A stretch of 64,000 nt of DNA from a phage, in assembly GCA_031520405.1 (NCBI GenBank), contig GCA_031520405.1_4842.1; one strand, written 5' to 3'. Below are positions 55,127 through 64,000 of the stretch, piece after piece (position 1 is the first letter of the stretch; each line of letters starts with the position of its first letter). Position numbers and translations under genes: made by a program. The notes below the pieces were generated by a model. It did not search any database, was not told the DNA's origin, and worked only from the letters and a program-made list of their open reading frames with translations.

Positions 55127-55139
55127 AGGGGTAAATATC

Positions 55140-55493
55140 ATGGTCAATGCGAGTATATTCATCAACCGTGGACTGCTTGCTATAGCCCACTCTCATGCCC
55201 TCCACTTCGTTACAACGTCCTATGCCAAGCACAAGGCACTCGGGGAGTTCTACGGGGAACTGGAGGACTTGCTGGACACCTTTACGGAAGCGTATATTGG
55301 TGCGGGTGGTATATACATTCCAGGATTCGAGAACATCAAATTATACAATCCTGAACCGATATCGTATATCAACAGCGTGGTCATCGACGTTAATGGGATC
55401 TACAATCAGTGTGATAGCCATTTACAAAACACGCTTGACGAAATCAAAACTTTGTGCTATCAAACGATTTACAAACTGAAGCAATTGTCCTAA
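55140..55493 (+). CDS. hypothetical protein
   Basis: ORF immediately after terminator. Confidence 0.45.
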   Translation: MVNASIFINRGLLAIAHSHALHFVTTSYAKHKALGEFYGELEDLLDTFTEAYIGAGGIYIPGFENIKLYNPEPISYINSVVIDVNGIYNQCDSHLQNTLDEIKTLCYQTIYKLKQLS

Positions 55494-55556
55494 CTCAATA
55501 GGATCATCATCAGGTTATAATTTTGCCCATTCGTCATCAATAGGATACAGATAACA

Positions 55557-56174
55557 ATGGGCAAAATCTTTATACCTTCTCACTCAGAAGGTTGTCAAAT
55601 CGCTGCAAAATTTCTACACAAACAAATGAATTGTGGTGCTGTGTTCGTAGAACCAAATTCATTCGATAATCGTGAATCCCCTGACGCCATCGGGTTCAGA
55701 CCTGGAGGTTGTTCTATATTAATGGAAGTTAAAGTCTCCCGCGCCGACTTCCTGACAGACAAAAAGAAACCTCATCGCATGAATCCTTCCATAGGCATGG
55801 GGGCATATCGTTTCTATGTTTGCCCAGCAGATGTTATTAAAATTGAAGACCTCCCTCCCAAATGGGGTTTGTTGTACTTCACCCCTAGAAAATCTTTGAA
55901 GCCCGTTCACGTTCCGAATATGCAATATTCCTCTTTGTCTTCACCGGAACATTATGCATCATATTTGTCTAAATCTTTGGACAAAAGAAGACCTACAGAT
56001 ATCCCTCATTATCTATTAGGGTACAAACAGATGCTGGAAGAATTCGCCCACTTTGAACGCAATCAGGTTGCGGAACAAAATATTCTGTATGGGGCTTGGC
56101 GACAGCTTTGCATAGCTCAAAGTCGCGGGGTGGATTATAATGTGACAGAAGTGTTCCAGAGGCCAAATATCTAA
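55557..56174 (+). CDS. PD-(D/E)xK nuclease-like protein
   Basis: ESPDAIGF...ILMEVKVSRADF matches D...(D/E)xK core. Confidence 0.4.
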   Translation: MGKIFIPSHSEGCQIAAKFLHKQMNCGAVFVEPNSFDNRESPDAIGFRPGGCSILMEVKVSRADFLTDKKKPHRMNPSIGMGAYRFYVCPADVIKIEDLPPKWGLLYFTPRKSLKPVHVPNMQYSSLSSPEHYASYLSKSLDKRRPTDIPHYLLGYKQMLEEFAHFERNQVAEQNILYGAWRQLCIAQSRGVDYNVTEVFQRPNI

Positions 56175-57238
56175 TGAAATTCTTGGACGAACAATACATC
56201 AATTTTCTCGCCCCCCGACTTGATAAATTCAGCTGGGAACGTGTTGGCGCTGTCGCCAAATTTCGTTGCCCATTATGCGGGGATTCTAAGAAGAGTGCCA
56301 ACAAGCGTCGTGGTCACTTCTTTTATGATCGTGATGACGATGTGTTTCGTTTCAAGTGCCACAACTGTAATGAAATGAGCGGTTGGGCGTTTGAATTCTG
56401 GTTGAAGAAGTTTGACGAGCGTCTGTATAATGAATACAACCTTGAAAAATTCAGGATCATGGGGGATACCAGTTCCCGCCCGTTACAAAAACTCAAACCA
56501 CTACAGCGCCTGACCCAGACAGCGCGTATCGGTTCTCAGGTCGCCAAACGGGATGAAGAGCACCTTGGGAATATGATACGCCTTGATCTTCTTGACCGTG
56601 ATCATATCGCCCGTCGTTACGTTGAAGGCAGGGGAATGCCGGAGAGCACGTTATCTTTGTTGTATTACAGCAGGAATTTTCGTCAAGATCTTCTGAGTTT
56701 CGAAACGGATGTTGAGAAGCAAAAGAAGATACCCGAAGATGAGCGGCTGGTAATCCCATTCTGGACCCAAGACGGGCGCATGAAGATAGTTCAGGGGCGC
56801 GCATTCGGCGATAACCTTCCTGATGGGGTATTACGGTATGCCACTGTCAAGCCTAAGAACGAAGATACTAAGATCTACGGGGAAGAGCGCATCATTTGGA
56901 ACAAAACAAAGTTGGTGGTAGAAGGTCCAATTGATAGCTTGTTTCTACCCAATTGTCTTGCGACTGCCGATGCCGACTTATTAAGTGCTAAGGGAGACAT
57001 CTATATCCCCGATAACCAATACAGGAACAAACAAGTTTGTGACGGTATACAGAAGATGATAGACAGCGGAGTCAAAGTCGTTCTGTTTCCACCGGAAATA
57101 CCGTGGAAGGATATCAATGATATGGTTCGCCCCGACAAGGGAAATATCCCGATACGGGATCTGCTTCAGATCATAGCCAAGAACGTATATCAGGGACTGT
57201 CGGCGTCCTTACGATTTTCTGACTTGAGGAAGATATGA
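56174..57238 (+). CDS. DNA primase (gp61-like)
   Basis: FRCPLCGDSKKSANKRRG...FKCHNCN zinc ribbon and LYNEY match T4 gp61; TOPRIM-like EGPIDSLF. Confidence 0.8.
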   Translation: MKFLDEQYINFLAPRLDKFSWERVGAVAKFRCPLCGDSKKSANKRRGHFFYDRDDDVFRFKCHNCNEMSGWAFEFWLKKFDERLYNEYNLEKFRIMGDTSSRPLQKLKPLQRLTQTARIGSQVAKRDEEHLGNMIRLDLLDRDHIARRYVEGRGMPESTLSLLYYSRNFRQDLLSFETDVEKQKKIPEDERLVIPFWTQDGRMKIVQGRAFGDNLPDGVLRYATVKPKNEDTKIYGEERIIWNKTKLVVEGPIDSLFLPNCLATADADLLSAKGDIYIPDNQYRNKQVCDGIQKMIDSGVKVVLFPPEIPWKDINDMVRPDKGNIPIRDLLQIIAKNVYQGLSASLRFSDLRKI

Positions 57239-57444
57239 TGGATTTAAAAGAACTGAATAGTATGGACGATGAAGAGATTCTTCGCGGGTATATGCAAGCC
57301 CGTGAAGGATATGTTCTATCTGGTTTAGAATCTAAGAGTTTCATCCATGGTTGGAGGAACGGAATGGTGGACTTCGGCGGTTGTCCTATCACTGAAGAAC
57401 AAATGAATTTGGCTCGCCAGTATTTGAAAAAGAAGCCGACCTAA
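57235..57444 (+). CDS. hypothetical protein (69 aa)
   Basis: ORF coupled to primase stop, GAGGA RBS. Confidence 0.4.
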   Translation: MMDLKELNSMDDEEILRGYMQAREGYVLSGLESKSFIHGWRNGMVDFGGCPITEEQMNLARQYLKKKPT

Positions 57445-57473
57445 AACTTTTTAACTCAAAAACCTTCTCTCTA

Positions 57474-57498
57474 GGCCTCATTCTACGAGGCCTTTTAA
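57474..57498 (+). terminator. rho-independent terminator
   Basis: AGGCCTC-ATTCTAC-GAGGCCT hairpin then TTTT. Confidence 0.5.
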
Positions 57499-57536
57499 AA
57501 TACTTCAAAAATAATTTAAAAATTTATTGAAAAAGA

Positions 57537-57566
57537 CTTTACTCTTCAATAATCATGCACTATTAT
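57537..57566 (+). promoter_or_regulatory. early promoter: -35 CTTTAC, 18-nt spacer, -10 TATTAT
   Basis: same -35/-10 architecture as cassettes at 15590 and 51693. Confidence 0.4.
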
Positions 57567-57643
57567 AGTTCACATAGGGCGGTACACAACACCCCGCCGA
57601 ATGAAAAGTGAAACGACCCAACTACATTATGAGGAATTACATC

Positions 57644-58132
57644 ATGGCTACTACCAAAACTCTGATCACCAACGGCACCATCTCTTTTGAACTGAACACC
57701 GAAGTTGCAAAAGTTGAAATGTTCCGCATCGCTCAGGCAGCTGGCTTCACTGGTGGCAAAACTTCCTTCATGAATCTGCTGAACGGCAAAGTGAAAGCGA
57801 CCAACGGCTTCACCCTGGTAGAGCAGGTTGTCGTAGACAAAGCTGTAGTTGCCAAGACTGCTGACAAGGTTGGCATGCTGAAAGACCTGGGTCATGACAT
57901 CCACGTTGTCGAAGCGAATACTGAAACTTACGGCACCATCGTAGTCGGCAAAGGCCGCATTCAGCTGAACCCGCTGAACAACGGAACCTTCTCCGTGATG
58001 GTATTCCCGAAAAAGGGTTATGACAACAGTGATATCGTGAAAGCCGCTGGCGGTGAAGCGAAATCCCAGTATGTCAAAATGGGTAAACTGAGCGCCGACG
58101 CAGTAGAAACTCTGGTGAACAAACTGGCTTAA
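57644..58132 (+). CDS. hypothetical protein (N-terminus MATTKT; recurring early gene module)
   Basis: GAGGAA RBS; strongly biased codon usage; followed by terminator. Confidence 0.55.
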   Translation: MATTKTLITNGTISFELNTEVAKVEMFRIAQAAGFTGGKTSFMNLLNGKVKATNGFTLVEQVVVDKAVVAKTADKVGMLKDLGHDIHVVEANTETYGTIVVGKGRIQLNPLNNGTFSVMVFPKKGYDNSDIVKAAGGEAKSQYVKMGKLSADAVETLVNKLA

Positions 58133-58138
58133 TTGAAA

Positions 58139-58162
58139 GGGGGAGGTTTCTCCCCTCTTTTT
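58139..58162 (+). terminator. rho-independent terminator
   Basis: GGGGAG-GTTT-CTCCCC hairpin then TCTTTTT. Confidence 0.6.
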
Positions 58163-58187
58163 CAAAGTTTTGGTAGGAGAATGAGAC

Positions 58188-58376
58188 ATGAGTAGAGCAA
58201 TTATCCAAGCCTCTCCTGGCGCTCTATGGGTTGCCGACCGAATTCCCAACGCGCACTTTCCTCAGTTCCAAGAGGAACTGGAACAAGCGATGTTGAAAAT
58301 ATTTGAAAAATATGGGTATGATTCCGAAGTTAGGACTTCCTTCAAAGAAATCATGCCTATCGTCGTAGTCAGATAA
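58188..58376 (+). CDS. hypothetical protein (62 aa)
   Basis: ORF with AGGAGAA RBS. Confidence 0.4.
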   Translation: MSRAIIQASPGALWVADRIPNAHFPQFQEELEQAMLKIFEKYGYDSEVRTSFKEIMPIVVVR

Positions 58377-58445
58377 TCAACACTAAATCCTCAAGTTCGA
58401 CTTTCACTTTAAATACCTTTGCATACATTGCGGAGGTATTTTCTT

Positions 58446-59240
58446 ATGGCCATTCTAAAACTTGGCAACCGAGGTTTTGAAGTCAAAGCACTTCAACAAA
58501 GCCTCAACAAAATCGGTTTCTCTATTACAGCCGATGGCATATTTGGTAAGGCAACAGAGAATGCTGTCAAATCCGTTCAGGCAGGTGCTGGATTGGTTAT
58601 TGATGGTATTGCTGGGCCAAAGACCTTCTATGCTATCCGCAACGCTGGAGACGCTCATCAGGAACATCTGACCGAAGCGGACTTGGTTGACGCAGCACGT
58701 GAACTTGGTGTTGAGCTGGCCAGTATGAAAGCTGTGAATCAGGTAGAATCCCGTGGCACGGGTTTTACCAAAACTGGCAAGATCAAAACTCTGTTTGAGC
58801 GCCACATCATGTACAAAAAGGTGACGGCCAAATTCGGGCAAGCAAGAGCCAATGCTCTGTACCAACTCTACCCAACATTGGTTAACCCCAATTCTGGCGG
58901 GTATATCGGCGGAGACGCGGAGTTGGAACGCCTTCAGGGTGCAATCGCCCTTGACGAGGACTGCGCTTACGAGAGTGCTTCCTACGGCCTATTCCAGATC
59001 ATGGGGTTCAACTGCCAAATCTGTGGCTATTCAAATGCCAAAGAGATGTTCACTGATTTCCTGACTGGTGAACGCGCTCATCTTCTGGCATTTGTCAAGT
59101 TCATCAAGGCTGATGCCAATATGTGGAAAGCCCTGAAGAACAAGAATTGGGCCGAGTTTGCTCGTCGGTACAATGGTCCGGCATATGCGAAAAACCAGTA
59201 TGATACTAAACTGGCGGCAGCATACAAGAGTTTCTGTTAA
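58446..59240 (+). CDS. endolysin: N-terminal peptidoglycan-binding domain plus C-terminal muramidase-like domain
   Basis: LQQSLNKIGF...DGIFGKATENAVKSVQ PG-binding repeat; C-terminal domain with conserved Glu (VNQVESRGTGF); GGAGG RBS. Confidence 0.7.
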   Translation: MAILKLGNRGFEVKALQQSLNKIGFSITADGIFGKATENAVKSVQAGAGLVIDGIAGPKTFYAIRNAGDAHQEHLTEADLVDAARELGVELASMKAVNQVESRGTGFTKTGKIKTLFERHIMYKKVTAKFGQARANALYQLYPTLVNPNSGGYIGGDAELERLQGAIALDEDCAYESASYGLFQIMGFNCQICGYSNAKEMFTDFLTGERAHLLAFVKFIKADANMWKALKNKNWAEFARRYNGPAYAKNQYDTKLAAAYKSFC

Positions 59241-59347
59241 TTCTCAAGGCCGGAAACGGCCTTTTTCTTTATCTGATATACAGGTATGCTGGGCGTGTCG
59301 CTTAATTAAAGGTGTCGACAACCCCTGTAGATATAGGAAGGTTCAAC

Positions 59348-60187
59348 ATGCAATCTGCGTCTAAAGTTGTATCCATGAAGCCAGCGAAGACAAAATCTGC
59401 TCGTAAGAAAGACACCATCCAGAAGGAAGAAGACTGGATGAAGTTTTCCAAAGGCGATTTCAAAATTGCTCCGTTCAATGGCCTCTCAGAAAATCAGAAC
59501 CTCGCATATCAATCCGCACTCAATGAACATCTCACTATCGCTATCGGTCCGGCAGGTACAGGCAAATCCTATTGTGGTGCATCTGCTGCAGCAAAACATC
59601 TGATTGACAAAACCATCAACAAGATTATCATCACGCGTTCTCCCCTTCCAACTGGCACCACAGCAGGGTTCCGGCCTGGTGATACATATGAAAAGTTGAT
59701 GCCTTATTTGATGCCGCTCATACAGACATTCAAAAAGGTTCTCAAAACAGATACGGGTTCCGACGGTTTCTTCAACTATCTGTGGGAGAAACGCATCATA
59801 GAAATTCAAGACCTTGAAACTGTAAAGGGAATGACCTTCGATGATTGTTTCCTGATTATCGAAGAGGCGCAGGAATGCGATATGGAGCAGCTGAAAAACT
59901 TGTTGACTCGCGCTTCAGATTCTTCGTACATCTTCGTGAATGGAGATATCAAACAGTCTAACAAGCGACTGCGTGATAGTGCGTTACAGACGTATGTGGA
60001 TTCCTTTAAAGACTTCAACAACAAGCTGGAAACAGGTTCCTTGCAAATTGACGGTGTAGAAATCGGAGATGAATATCCAGAGTGGGTTCAACCATTCAGC
60101 ATCATCGAATTCGATAAGTCTGATCGTAATGGTCGCGGCAACTTCACCCGCCTGATGTTAGAAATTAACGACCTGTACAACATTTAA
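59348..60187 (+). CDS. phoH: PhoH-like ATPase
   Basis: Walker A GPAGTGKS and overall PhoH-like architecture. Confidence 0.8.
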   Translation: MQSASKVVSMKPAKTKSARKKDTIQKEEDWMKFSKGDFKIAPFNGLSENQNLAYQSALNEHLTIAIGPAGTGKSYCGASAAAKHLIDKTINKIIITRSPLPTGTTAGFRPGDTYEKLMPYLMPLIQTFKKVLKTDTGSDGFFNYLWEKRIIEIQDLETVKGMTFDDCFLIIEEAQECDMEQLKNLLTRASDSSYIFVNGDIKQSNKRLRDSALQTYVDSFKDFNNKLETGSLQIDGVEIGDEYPEWVQPFSIIEFDKSDRNGRGNFTRLMLEINDLYNI

Positions 60188-60271
60188 ATACCACACGAAC
60201 TTCCCCGTCGCCTTCAATCCATGGAGGCGACGTATAATAACAGCCTGCATAAACACAAACCGAGGATCGCT

Positions 60272-62554
60272 ATGATTAACATCATAAAGCGGGACGGATC
60301 TTCTGTCCCCTTTGACATTGAAAAACTCCATACCGTTATTGAACGAGCATGTGACGGCCTTGAAGGAGTATCGGTGTCTGAGGTGGAAGCCGCATCGAAG
60401 ATTCAATTCACCGATAACATGAAAACCGAACGCATTCAGGATATCATTATCCAAGCTGCGGCCACCTTAATTTCTGTTGATAAACCCAACTATCAATATG
60501 TTGCTGCCCGCCTGAAGTCGTATGACCTGCGCAAGGTTGTCTATGGTCAGTACAAGCCACCTCATTTGCTGGATATTTTTGCAAAGAACACCAAGCTGGG
60601 TGTTTATGACCGCGAATTCCTCGAACTTTACTCTAAAGAAGAATTCGAAGAACTTAACACAGTCATCAACCACAAACGCGACAAGAATTTCACTTGGGCA
60701 GCAATGGGCCAGCTGACTCAAAAATATCTTTTGCGTGATCGTTCTTCTGACAGCAAAGTGTATTATGAAACCCCTCAAGTCATGTACATGGCAATCGCTA
60801 TGGCATTATTCTCAGCGTGGGATAAAGAAAGCAGACTGACAATGGTGAAGAAGTTCTATGAATACGCCAGTACAGGCAAATTCAGTCTTCCAACACCTAT
60901 TATGTCCGGCGTCCGCACCCCGACCCGACAGTTCAGCTCTTGTGTATTGATCAAAACTGGTGATACATTGGACTCAATTAATGCCACTGCGAAAAGCATC
61001 GTGGATTATGTTTCCAAACGTGCTGGCATCGGATTCGATGTTGGGGCAATTCGTGGCATCGGTAGCCCTATCCGTAAAGGGGAAATGGTCCATACAGGTC
61101 TGGTTCCATTCATCAAGTATTTGACTGGTGCCCTGAAGTCTTGCTCTCAAGGCGGTATCCGTGGTGGATCGGCAACATGCTATGTTCCCATCTGGCATTA
61201 TCAATTTGATGATGTCGTTGTTCTCAAAAACAACCGTGGATTGGAAGAGAACCGTGAACGCCGTATCGACTATGGGATTCAGATTAACCGCGTTATGTTC
61301 GAGCGCCTGGTGAACAAACAGCCTCTATACCTGTTTGATCCAAAAGACAACCGCGAAATGTATGAAGCATTTTTCGCAGACGTCAATAAATTCCGAGAAA
61401 TGTACGACAATATGATCAAGGCCGCCGACGCCGGATTATGTCGTTCCAAAAAGCTGCAAGCTGAAGAAGTGTTCCAAATGCTACTAGACCAGCGTTCTGA
61501 CACTGGACGGATCTACATCGCATTCGTTGATCACATGAACGAGTATAGTCCGTTCAATTTGGACACGATTTATAGCTCTAATCTGTGTTTAGAAATCGCG
61601 CTTCCGACTCGTGAGTTCCAACAGTATGATGATGAAGATGGTCGCATTGCCCTGTGTACACTCGCATCATTTAACCTGACGGCATTTGAAGATCCAACAG
61701 AAATGGAAGATGTTGCTTTCGTTCTGGTTTCAGCTTTGGATATGTTGTTGGAATATCAGGACTACCCAGCTCGCCAAGCCCGTTTGGCCGTAGAAGAATA
61801 TCGTCCTCTGGGTATCGGTATCGTCAACGTCGCACATTTCCTGGCCAAGAATTTCACGGGTTATGGATCGCCTATCGGATTAGAACTTCTAGACAAGTGG
61901 ATGGCGCATCTTCATTTCTACTTGGTCAAAGCGTCCAACCGTCTGGCCATGCGTTTCGGATCTTGTAAGAAGTCAACTATCCATGATTCCGGATTTGTGA
62001 CAGCCGACCTTCAGCCTCTCCCGCTGGACATCCTACCCAATGGCAAAAAGCCTGTTGGGCAAGCCTATGGTCTTGACTGGGAAGGTCTTAAGCAGAACCT
62101 ATCCGAGTATGGGATCCGTAACGCCACGTTGTTAGCCGTAGCACCAACTGAAAGCTCCTCTCAGGTGCTGAACGCAACGAACGGTATAGAGCCACCAAAA
62201 GGTCTCATCAGCATCAAAGGCAGCAAGGACGGCGTCTATAAACAGATCGTTCCGGATGTAGAAACCCTTGGTCCTCTATATGACCTGAAATGGAATCTGG
62301 ATTGTATTGAATACCTGAAGACGGCTGCGGTCATACAACGTTGGGTAGATCAATCTATCAGCACCAACACATGGTATGACCCAGAGAAATATCCAGAAGG
62401 CAAGATCCCGCGCTCTCTTATGATGCAGGATATTCTGTCTTTCTACATGTGGGGTGGTAAAACTCTGTATTACAACACCAACAAAGACTCCAAGGAAGAC
62501 GAGGAGTTGAAACAAATTGAAGATCCGAATCACTGCGACACCTGTGTTGTCTGA
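60272..62554 (+). CDS. nrdA: ribonucleoside-diphosphate reductase alpha subunit (class Ia NrdA)
   Basis: extensive identity to E. coli NrdA (IKRDGS, PTPIMSGVRTPTRQFSSCVLI, SNLCLEIALPT, C-terminal Cys pair). Confidence 0.9.
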   Translation: MINIIKRDGSSVPFDIEKLHTVIERACDGLEGVSVSEVEAASKIQFTDNMKTERIQDIIIQAAATLISVDKPNYQYVAARLKSYDLRKVVYGQYKPPHLLDIFAKNTKLGVYDREFLELYSKEEFEELNTVINHKRDKNFTWAAMGQLTQKYLLRDRSSDSKVYYETPQVMYMAIAMALFSAWDKESRLTMVKKFYEYASTGKFSLPTPIMSGVRTPTRQFSSCVLIKTGDTLDSINATAKSIVDYVSKRAGIGFDVGAIRGIGSPIRKGEMVHTGLVPFIKYLTGALKSCSQGGIRGGSATCYVPIWHYQFDDVVVLKNNRGLEENRERRIDYGIQINRVMFERLVNKQPLYLFDPKDNREMYEAFFADVNKFREMYDNMIKAADAGLCRSKKLQAEEVFQMLLDQRSDTGRIYIAFVDHMNEYSPFNLDTIYSSNLCLEIALPTREFQQYDDEDGRIALCTLASFNLTAFEDPTEMEDVAFVLVSALDMLLEYQDYPARQARLAVEEYRPLGIGIVNVAHFLAKNFTGYGSPIGLELLDKWMAHLHFYLVKASNRLAMRFGSCKKSTIHDSGFVTADLQPLPLDILPNGKKPVGQAYGLDWEGLKQNLSEYGIRNATLLAVAPTESSSQVLNATNGIEPPKGLISIKGSKDGVYKQIVPDVETLGPLYDLKWNLDCIEYLKTAAVIQRWVDQSISTNTWYDPEKYPEGKIPRSLMMQDILSFYMWGGKTLYYNTNKDSKEDEELKQIEDPNHCDTCVV

Positions 62555-62586
62555 TTAGGTCTATACAACACAAACGTTTAATATCA

Positions 62587-62610
62587 GGGGTGATTCGTCA
62601 CCCCTTATTC
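62587..62610 (+). terminator. hairpin terminator-like element
   Basis: GGGGTGA-TTCG-TCACCCC hairpin followed by T-rich run. Confidence 0.5.
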
Positions 62611-62624
62611 ATCAGGAAAGAAAC

Positions 62625-63728
62625 ATGAACGAACAAAAGCAATTTTCAGTATTTGACCCATCTTCAGATAATACAGGTTTGCCGTTCTTTGGCGACCCTG
62701 TGAGCATTCAGCGCTATGACAAAGTCGCATGGCCTTTTGTACAGAAATGGTATGAAAAAGGTCTTAGTCAATTCTGGCGTCCGGAAGAAGTGGATGTCAC
62801 CAAAGACAAAGCAGACTTTGCCACTCTATCCGCTGCGGAACAACACATCTACTTCAGCAACCTGAAACGCCAAACCATGCTGGACTCTATTCAGGGCGCT
62901 GCTCCGTTCGAAGCGTTTGGCCCATGGGCATCAACACCAGAAGCGCAATTTGCTATTCTGGAGTGGACGCGCCAAGAAGCCATCCACTCACTATCCTACA
63001 CGCATATCCTTCGTAACACAGTGAATGATCCTGGTATCGTTTTTGACCATGTTCTGGACGTTGAGGAGATCGTAGATTGCGCCGGACAGATCAGCGTATA
63101 CTACGACGACATGGTGCGTTACAGCGGGATGCGTATGGCTGGACGCGCGTTCACCCGTGAAGACATCATGAACGCCAAGCGTGCATTCTGGCGTGCTCTG
63201 TTTGCCGCCAACTCCCTCGAAGGCGTCCGTTTCTATGTTTCATTTGCGTGTTCTTGGGCATTCATGCAATTCCTCAACAAAATGGAAGGCAATGCCAAGA
63301 TTATTCGCCAGATCGCTCGTGACGAGCAAGATCACCTCATTCTGACACAGACTTTCCTGAATCGTCTTCCGTTGTTGGACCCTGATTTTGGTATCATCCG
63401 TGAAGAACTGCGCGGCGAAATGACCCAGATGTATGTCGACGTTGTCAACCAAGAAAAAGAATGGGCGAATTATCTGTTCAAAGACGGCTCAATGCTGGGA
63501 CTGAATGCCAATATCCTTCATCAAATGGTGGACTGGTTGGCAACACATCGTATGGGAGCTATTGGCCACCCATATCCAGGACAAGCCCGTAAAGACAATC
63601 CGGTGCCATGGATAAATGAGTGGCTAGATAATAAAACAATGCAATATGCATTACAGGAAGCGGAAGCCCCTGATTATCTGACTGGTGTCCTTACTGGATC
63701 AGTCTCCGACGGTCTGAAATTTGCCTAA
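62625..63728 (+). CDS. nrdB: ribonucleoside-diphosphate reductase beta subunit (NrdB)
   Basis: strong similarity to E. coli NrdB (FWRPEEVDV, LDSIQG, RFYVSFACS, NAKIIRQIARDE, PWINEWL). Confidence 0.9.
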   Translation: MNEQKQFSVFDPSSDNTGLPFFGDPVSIQRYDKVAWPFVQKWYEKGLSQFWRPEEVDVTKDKADFATLSAAEQHIYFSNLKRQTMLDSIQGAAPFEAFGPWASTPEAQFAILEWTRQEAIHSLSYTHILRNTVNDPGIVFDHVLDVEEIVDCAGQISVYYDDMVRYSGMRMAGRAFTREDIMNAKRAFWRALFAANSLEGVRFYVSFACSWAFMQFLNKMEGNAKIIRQIARDEQDHLILTQTFLNRLPLLDPDFGIIREELRGEMTQMYVDVVNQEKEWANYLFKDGSMLGLNANILHQMVDWLATHRMGAIGHPYPGQARKDNPVPWINEWLDNKTMQYALQEAEAPDYLTGVLTGSVSDGLKFA

Positions 63729-63737
63729 AGGTGAGAA

Positions 63738-63962
63738 ATGATTACGATTTATTCCAAACAAGGTTGTGCGCAATGTTTACAAGCTGAAAACATCTGTCGC
63801 ATTCGCGGTATTGAACACCAAATTCTGAAGCTAGACAAAGATTACAAGCTGGAAGAATTACAGAAAATCACTGGTAAGCAACGCATGTCTATGCCCGTGA
63901 TTGTTCTGGCTGACCAAACCGTGACCGACGTTACTGGACTCGCCGCAAGTTTGAAACGCTGA
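63738..63962 (+). CDS. glutaredoxin-like protein (NrdH/NrdC-type)
   Basis: CAQC redox motif near N-terminus, ~74 aa, directly downstream of nrdAB. Confidence 0.7.
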   Translation: MITIYSKQGCAQCLQAENICRIRGIEHQILKLDKDYKLEELQKITGKQRMSMPVIVLADQTVTDVTGLAASLKR

Positions 63963-63970
63963 CCTTTCAA

Positions 63971-64000
63971 AGCCCCCATTATACGGGGGCTTTACTTTTC
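63971..64000 (+). terminator. rho-independent terminator
   Basis: AGCCCCC-ATTATAC-GGGGGCT hairpin then T-rich run. Confidence 0.6.

Noticed and set aside
57563-58249. 228-aa reverse-strand ORF overlapping the 57644..58132 forward gene
   Set aside because: Forward gene has promoter, RBS, terminator and a paralog-like N-terminus; reverse ORF spans the promoter and terminator and lacks start signals
60221-62554. Upstream alternative start for nrdA (and similar track starts at 25012, 26018, 16338, 36695, 52160, 54209)
   Set aside because: Track starts use non-ATG codons or extend over terminators and intergenic signals; internal ATGs with proper RBS and homology-consistent N-termini were preferred
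60272-63728. Possible group I intron in nrdA or nrdB as in T4 nrdB
   Set aside because: Both reading frames are continuous and colinear with E. coli homologs; no interruption seen

Overview
This 64 kb window reads as a contiguous segment of a T4-like (Straboviridae-type) myovirus genome, almost entirely on the + strand. All protein assignments are from reading the translations against remembered T4/E. coli protein families; no database search was run. Three blocks are recognisable. (1) A structural/morphogenesis block in T4 gene order (1-13.3 kb): gp13/14/15-like neck and tail-completion proteins, terminase small and large subunits, tail sheath gp18, tail tube gp19, portal gp20, prohead protease gp21, scaffold gp22 and major capsid gp23. 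The large terminase carries a 159-aa mini-intein inserted in its Walker A P-loop, and a GIY-YIG endonuclease gene sits between gp18 and gp19. (2) A variable early region of small ORFs (13.3-19 kb) and a replication/recombination block: UvsW, sliding clamp gp45, clamp loader gp44/gp62, RegA, then an accessory island (25.1-41 kb) where T4 has DNA polymerase, followed by HU, a DinG/XPD-like Fe-S helicase, RNase HI, a Seg-like GIY-YIG endonuclease, late sigma gp55, gp47/gp46 and primase gp61. (3) Late and nucleotide-metabolism genes: endolysin, PhoH, NrdA, NrdB and a glutaredoxin. The accessory island is the most interesting part: a VWA/MIDAS protein, an acyl-carrier-protein-like protein whose phosphopantetheine-site Ser is Asp, zinc-finger proteins, a ParB-like nuclease-domain protein, two secreted proteins and a small 2-TM protein paired with an SPFH/band-7 lipoprotein; a SLOG-like Rossmann protein lies separately in the early region. 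Intergenic regions carry repeated hairpin-plus-early-promoter cassettes (GTTTAC/CTTTAC -35, TATAAT-like -10), including a 67-bp near-identical pair flanking one gene, and a recurrent (C)ACTAAATA motif upstream of late genes. No rRNA, tRNA or CRISPR array could be supported.
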